Assembly: GCA_037441385.1 (NCBI GenBank)
Contig: JBBISH010000164.1
Location: 1 to 11,306 of the forward strand
Direction: 5' to 3'
From: Myxococcales bacterium
GTDB lineage: Bacteria > Myxococcota_A > UBA9042
DNA: 11,306 nt
Within the stretch, counting starts at the first letter, position 1. Each line of letters starts with the position of its first letter. Both the position numbers and the translations under genes were made by a program. Shown in pieces: positions 6,781-11,306 of this stretch. Under the pieces are notes generated by a model. It was given only the letters and a program-made list of their open reading frames with translations, did no database searches and was not told the DNA's origin.

Positions 6781-7635
6781 ATGTGGTTCGACCATCCGCT
6801 TGTGCGCCAACTGGTCGAGCTGGCCTTGGCCGAGGACGTGGGCAACGGCGACCACGCCACTCAGGCCTGCCTCGATCCGCAGCAGCAGGGGACGGCCCAT
6901 GTGCGCGCCAAATCGCCGCTGGTCGTGTGCGGCGGTCCGCTGTTTGCCCGGGTGATGCAGCGCGTCGAGCCCAGCCTGCGCGTCGAATTGCACCTGCAAG
7001 ACGGCGATTCTGCGGCGGCTGGGCAGACTGTGTTGAGCGTGCACGGCTCGCTGGCGGCGATCCTGACCGCCGAGCGGACGGCTTTGAATTTCATGCAGCG
7101 CTTGAGCGGCATCGCGACCACCACTGCCGCCTATGTCGCCGCCGTCCACGGCACCAAGGCGCAAATTGCCGACACTCGCAAGACCCTGCCGGGCTTCCGC
7201 AGCCTAGACAAGTACGCCGTGCGCTGCGGCGGCGGGCGCAATCACCGCACCGCCTTGGATGCCGGGATTCTCATCAAGGAAAATCACACGCATGCGGCGG
7301 GATCGATCGCCCAGGCGGTGGCGTCGGCACGCCAGGTCGGCTCGCACCTGCTCAAGGTCGAGGTCGAGGTCGAGACCCTGGCCGACCTGGACGCGGCGCT
7401 GCAGGCGGGCGCCGACGTCGTGCTGCTCGACAACATGGATCTGGCTCAGCTGCGCGAGGCTGTCCGGCGCACTGCCGGGCGGGCGCTGCTGGAAGCCAGC
7501 GGCAACATGAGCCTAGAGCGGGTGCGGCAAGTGGCCGAGACCGGCGTTGACCTCATCTCGGTGGGCGCGCTGACGCACTCGGTGGTGGCGGCGGATCTGT
7601 CCCTGCGGATTCAGGGCGCGGAATCACCTGGATAG
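6781..7635 (+). CDS. nadC: Nicotinate-nucleotide pyrophosphorylase (quinolinate phosphoribosyltransferase), 284 aa
   Basis: ALAED, AERTALNFMQRLSGIAT, DTRKTLPG, GGGRNHR, LIKENH, EVEVET, LLDNM, EASGN and ISVGALTHS. ATG 6781 has GAGG upstream. Confidence 0.97.
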   Translation: MWFDHPLVRQLVELALAEDVGNGDHATQACLDPQQQGTAHVRAKSPLVVCGGPLFARVMQRVEPSLRVELHLQDGDSAAAGQTVLSVHGSLAAILTAERTALNFMQRLSGIATTTAAYVAAVHGTKAQIADTRKTLPGFRSLDKYAVRCGGGRNHRTALDAGILIKENHTHAAGSIAQAVASARQVGSHLLKVEVEVETLADLDAALQAGADVVLLDNMDLAQLREAVRRTAGRALLEASGNMSLERVRQVAETGVDLISVGALTHSVVAADLSLRIQGAESPG

Positions 7636-10600
7636 CCCAGGCTTCTTGTCCGATTGCGCGTCCATGCGCGGCGGCCCGCCGTAGCGGACCGAGACGAACG
7701 GGCGCAGCGCCGGCACGCCCCAGCCGGGCCACAGGCCCACGTTCGAGCCAATGGTGGCGTACAAGTCCTCGCCCATCACCCAGTTCAGCGCCAGCCCGGC
7801 CTCCATGCGCTCGTCGCGGCTGTTGCTAAAGGGCGCGGTCAGCGGGGTCTCGTGGCTCAGCGAGGCGTCGATCCAAAACACGTCGGGATTCCAAGGCTTG
7901 TCCCAGCCCTTGCGCGCCACCAGCGGGTTCAGGCTGCCGGCGACGCTCACCCGCACCACCGAGCCGTCGTGCACGCTGAACAGCTGGCTCTGGCTCTGCA
8001 GGCGCAGCCCCAACGACATCGCCACGCGCCATGGGCCAAAACTGCCCGACGCCAGGGCTGTTGGCGCGACGGTCGGTCCGGGGCGTCCCAAATAGGCCGC
8101 GGGATCGCCGGTCGGCAGGCTGACCCGCAGTAGCGCCGCCGCGCCCCACGTTCCCAGTTTGTCGGGCACGAACACGTACTTGGCCGCCAAGTGCAGGTCG
8201 CCCACCCCCATGTCGTTGGCCAGCGTGCCGCTGTTGGGGCCATAGAGCGACGGCAACGTCCCGGTTTGGTAAACGCTCAGCGGCAAGCCCAGACCCAGCG
8301 TCAGGTGGTCAAACACGCGCATGGCGGCGCCGACGTCCACTTGCGTGCGACCGTCGACCAGCGGCCGGACCACCGTGGCCTCGTCGCCCACCACCAGCGG
8401 CCGCCAGGCATACTGCAGCTGCATCGTCCCGGCCAGTCCGTACAGCGGCAATTCGCGGGCCGATTCCTCGTTCAAGATGCCCGTGCCGTCCAACCCCGGC
8501 CGCCCGCCGGTCACGTCGGGGGGCGCCAGCGCCAGCGCCGGCAGCGGCACCAGCAGCAGGGCCAGCACCAGGGCCAGCACCAGCGCGTGCCATTTCTGCT
8601 TGCGCCGGACCGCCAACGCCGCCAGCGCCAGCCCCAAAATCGCCAGCACCGCTGCGGGCTTCACGGGCGTCGGCCCAGCGCTGCACGCCGACAGGGGCGA
8701 GGTCCCGCGCACTTCCAATCCCGCTTCCAGCACGTCGCGATCGTCGCCGGCATCCAGGGGATTGGTATGTGTCTCAAGCACTTCTGTGGCATCGTCCAGG
8801 CCGCCGCCGTCGGTGTCGGGGTCGCGCTGGTTGGTGTGAAAGACCAGGACTTCGTCGCCGTCCAGCAACCGGTCGCCGTCGCTGTCCAAGTCGCGGAAAT
8901 CGGGGCGCCCATCGCCGTCGCTATCCAGCGGGCTTTGCGCCAGACCCGGTTCCACGCCGCCTTCGTACGAATCGGGCAAGTTATCGCCGTCCGAGTCCGC
9001 GTCCAGTGCATCGATGACCTTGTCGCCGTCCGTGTCGGCCGGGTGCAGCGGATCGCCAACTTCGGTGGCATCCCACAGGCCATCTTTGTCGCTGTCGGCG
9101 AGCAACGGGTTCGTACCGATCTGCACTTCCACCGTGTTGGGCAGCGAGTCGCCGTCGTTGTCGCCGTCGTTGGCCACGTCGTCGCTGGCCAGGCCTGGAT
9201 CGGTCTCGCCCAGGTCCACCTGGCCGTCGTGGCTGAAGTCTTCGAAGCCATCTGCCAGTCCGCCGCGATCGCTGTCCGGCACGCGCGTCAGGGTGCGCGT
9301 CAACGGGTCCTTGTCGGCGACGAACGTCGACGAGCTCAGCGCCGTCGCCTTGGGAAAGGCCAACGTCTCCAAGGTCAGGCCCATTTCGGTGCCGTCGAAC
9401 AGCCCGTCGTTGTCGCTATCCTCGTCCAGGGCGTCGATCGGGCCGTCGCCGTCGCTGTCGACCGACCAGTTGGCCTCGCGACCGTCTGGCACGCCGTCGT
9501 CGTCGCTGTCCGCATCGTCGGGGCGCGTGCCAAAGTGGTTTTCCTCGGCATCGCACAGGCCATCGCCGTCGCTGTCGGGTTGTGGCGACACGGATTCGGC
9601 GTCGTTGGCGTCGCTCTCTAGCGCGTCGACTTGGCCATTGTGGTTGGCATCTTCGTAGCCGTCGGCCTGGCCATCGCCGTCGCTGTCGCGGGCGAGCGGC
9701 AGGGTCTTGGACAGGGGCTGGGCATCGGCGATGAACCGACCGGCGGCGACCTTGGTGCCCCCCACCGGCCCGATGGCCTCGATCGCGTTGACGACGCCCA
9801 GTTCGGTGCCATCGCCCACGCCGTCGTTGTCGCTGTCGGGGTCCAGCGCGCCGGGCAGGCCGTCGCCGTCGCCATCAAACAGCGGGTCCGGCTCTGCGCC
9901 ATCGGCGACGCCGTCGTCGTCACTGTCCATGTCTTGCGACGAAGTGCCCGCGCGCAGTTCCTCGTGATCCGCCAGGCCGTCTTTGTCCGCGTCGGCCACT
10001 TTCAAGGTCACGCTGGTCGGCGAGTTCGGATCGCCTTCGCCCTCGTCGACTTGGCCGTTGCCGTTGACGTCTTCCAAGCCATCGCGCTGGCCGTCGCGGT
10101 CGCTGTCGGCGCGCAGCGGCGAGGTGCGGGTCAGTGGGTCCAGATCGGGGCTGAAATTGTGGCGCAATTGCCAGGTAGCGCTGGCCGCCGCGGCGATGCC
10201 TCGTTCCAGTCCGTCGGGCAGGCCGTCGCCGTCGCTGTCGGGGTCGTTCACGTCGGGGGCGCCGTCGTGATCGCCGTCCAGGCTAAAGTTCCACTCGGCG
10301 CCGTCGTACCAGCCGTCGTCATCGCTGTCGGCGTCGTGGGGATCGCTGCCCAGGGCCAGTTCTTCGGGATCGCGCAACCCGTCGCCGTCGCTGTCGGGGC
10401 TCGTCGGCTCGGCGGTGGCTTGGTTGGGATCACTTTCGCCGGTCTGGACCTGGCCATCGTGGTTGCTGTCCTCGGCGCCGTCGCGCTGGCCGTCGCCGTC
10501 GCTGTCCACGCCGTCGGGGTTGGTGGTGGTGCTGGGATCGGCGTCGGCGCGGAAGGCGCGCGCAGCCAAGTCGGTGTCGGGTCCGACTTGCACCAGCAGG

Positions 10601-11306
10601 CGTCCCACCTCCACCGAGTCCCAGATGCCGTCGTTGTCGCGGTCGGCGTCCAGCGGCCCGATGAGCCCGTCGCCATCGCCATCCACGGGCGGCTCTTCGC
10701 CGTCTTCCAGCCCGTCGTCATCGCTGTCGCGGTCCTTGGGCGCGGTGCCTAGCTTGACCTCGGACCCGTCGTTCAGGCCGTCGCCATCGGTGTCCGGCAC
10801 CGTACGCAATGTCCCGTATTGCTTCTCTAAACTATCGTTCAGCCCGTCACTGTCCGAGTCGTTGGATCGGAAATCCGCCAGCCCATCGCCGTCGCTGTCC
10901 ACAGGTGGAGTTTGCCAGTTGGCGTCGCCAGCCTCGTCGGCGTCGGACCAATCGTCGTTGTCGCTGTCGGGATCCAGCACATCGGGGGTGCCATCGCCGT
11001 CGCTGTCGACCAGCTTGCCGGCCGGCGCCTCGTGGCCATCCGAGATGGTGTCGCCGTCGCTATCGGGCTTCTTGGGATCCGTCCCGATCTGAATTTCCAA
11101 CGAGTTCTTGAGGCCATCGCCATCCAGATCGCCGCCGCTATCGTCGCTCGGGTCCAGCGGGTTGGTGCCTTCGCTGATCTCTTGCCCATCTGGCGTGCCA
11201 CCTTGGTCGCTGTCCTTCTTGTTTGGGTCGGTCTCGCCGCTGTCGACCTTGCCGTTCTTGTTCTTGTCTTCGCCGGCATCAAACAACCCATCGCCGTCGC
11301 TGTCCT
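7624..11306 (-). CDS. Giant cell-surface protein (5'-truncated, >1226 aa): DxDxDG Ca2+-binding (bacterial TSP3-like) repeats, internal MYXO-CTERM-like signal, second signal peptide, C-terminal outer-membrane beta-barrel
   Basis: The frame stays open to the window edge (DSDGDGL before the track's TTG). Dozens of DxDxDGxxDxxE and GTxP motifs, then RGTSPLSACSAG...AVLAILGLALAALAVRRK, then WHALVLALVLALLLVPLPALA. The last ~300 aa have alternating hydrophobic strands and end PALRPFVSVRY. Confidence 0.88.
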   Translation of the reverse strand, partial: DSDGDGLFDAGEDKNKNGKVDSGETDPNKKDSDQGGTPDGQEISEGTNPLDPSDDSGGDLDGDGLKNSLEIQIGTDPKKPDSDGDTISDGHEAPAGKLVDSDGDGTPDVLDPDSDNDDWSDADEAGDANWQTPPVDSDGDGLADFRSNDSDSDGLNDSLEKQYGTLRTVPDTDGDGLNDGSEVKLGTAPKDRDSDDDGLEDGEEPPVDGDGDGLIGPLDADRDNDGIWDSVEVGRLLVQVGPDTDLAARAFRADADPSTTTNPDGVDSDGDGQRDGAEDSNHDGQVQTGESDPNQATAEPTSPDSDGDGLRDPEELALGSDPHDADSDDDGWYDGAEWNFSLDGDHDGAPDVNDPDSDGDGLPDGLERGIAAAASATWQLRHNFSPDLDPLTRTSPLRADSDRDGQRDGLEDVNGNGQVDEGEGDPNSPTSVTLKVADADKDGLADHEELRAGTSSQDMDSDDDGVADGAEPDPLFDGDGDGLPGALDPDSDNDGVGDGTELGVVNAIEAIGPVGGTKVAAGRFIADAQPLSKTLPLARDSDGDGQADGYEDANHNGQVDALESDANDAESVSPQPDSDGDGLCDAEENHFGTRPDDADSDDDGVPDGREANWSVDSDGDGPIDALDEDSDNDGLFDGTEMGLTLETLAFPKATALSSSTFVADKDPLTRTLTRVPDSDRGGLADGFEDFSHDGQVDLGETDPGLASDDVANDGDNDGDSLPNTVEVQIGTNPLLADSDKDGLWDATEVGDPLHPADTDGDKVIDALDADSDGDNLPDSYEGGVEPGLAQSPLDSDGDGRPDFRDLDSDGDRLLDGDEVLVFHTNQRDPDTDGGGLDDATEVLETHTNPLDAGDDRDVLEAGLEVRGTSPLSACSAGPTPVKPAAVLAILGLALAALAVRRKQKWHALVLALVLALLLVPLPALALAPPDVTGGRPGLDGTGILNEESARELPLYGLAGTMQLQYAWRPLVVGDEATVVRPLVDGRTQVDVGAAMRVFDHLTLGLGLPLSVYQTGTLPSLYGPNSGTLANDMGVGDLHLAAKYVFVPDKLGTWGAAALLRVSLPTGDPAAYLGRPGPTVAPTALASGSFGPWRVAMSLGLRLQSQSQLFSVHDGSVVRVSVAGSLNPLVARKGWDKPWNPDVFWIDASLSHETPLTAPFSNSRDERMEAGLALNWVMGEDLYATIGSNVGLWPGWGVPALRPFVSVRYGGPPRMDAQSDKKPGLSR
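8851..11130 (-). repeat. Higher-order protein repeats B-A-A-A-A-B within the Asp-rich region
   Basis: Type A modules at 10794-10423, 10395-10024, 9993-9604 and 9576-9193 (start-to-start periods 133, 134 and 139 aa). Type B modules at 11130-10825 and 9162-8851. Confidence 0.8.

Noticed and set aside
6604..7164. N-terminal extension of dacB to 713 aa
   Set aside because: Overlaps nadC on the opposite strand and the divergent promoters; the signal peptide follows ATG 6603.
2782..10752. Long alternative-frame ORFs (e.g. 2782..4092+, 5452..6522+, 8191..9621+, 9631..10752+)
   Set aside because: Antisense mirrors of aroC, dacB and the repeat protein; expected from stop-codon scarcity in high-GC DNA.
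8800..11306. Recurring GCCGTCGCTGTC-type DNA repeats as a CRISPR array or DGR repeat
   Set aside because: They encode DSDGDG motifs in an open frame, with irregular spacing and synonymous variation; no cas or reverse transcriptase gene in the window.

Overview
High-GC bacterial window, most likely Myxococcota (inferred from a MYXO-CTERM-like motif and a TraB-like barrel). Left to right: (1) the start of a probable IS transposase on the minus strand, with a candidate IS end that seems to have cut off a host gene; (2) about 450 bp of intergenic DNA containing a dyad, a possible decayed gene remnant and a sigma70-type promoter; (3) an atypical threonine-synthase-like PLP enzyme; (4) a minus-strand run dacB-birA-aroC-membrane/lipoprotein; (5) a divergent nadC; (6) the 3' part (>1226 aa) of a giant Asp-rich Ca2+-binding repeat protein. 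The most notable feature is in that last ORF. An internal MYXO-CTERM-like sorting signal is followed in frame by a second signal peptide and a predicted outer-membrane beta-barrel with no OmpA domain. This suggests a polyprotein cut into a surface adhesin and its own barrel partner, like TraA and TraB encoded in one gene. All calls come from motif reading by eye; no database searches were run.
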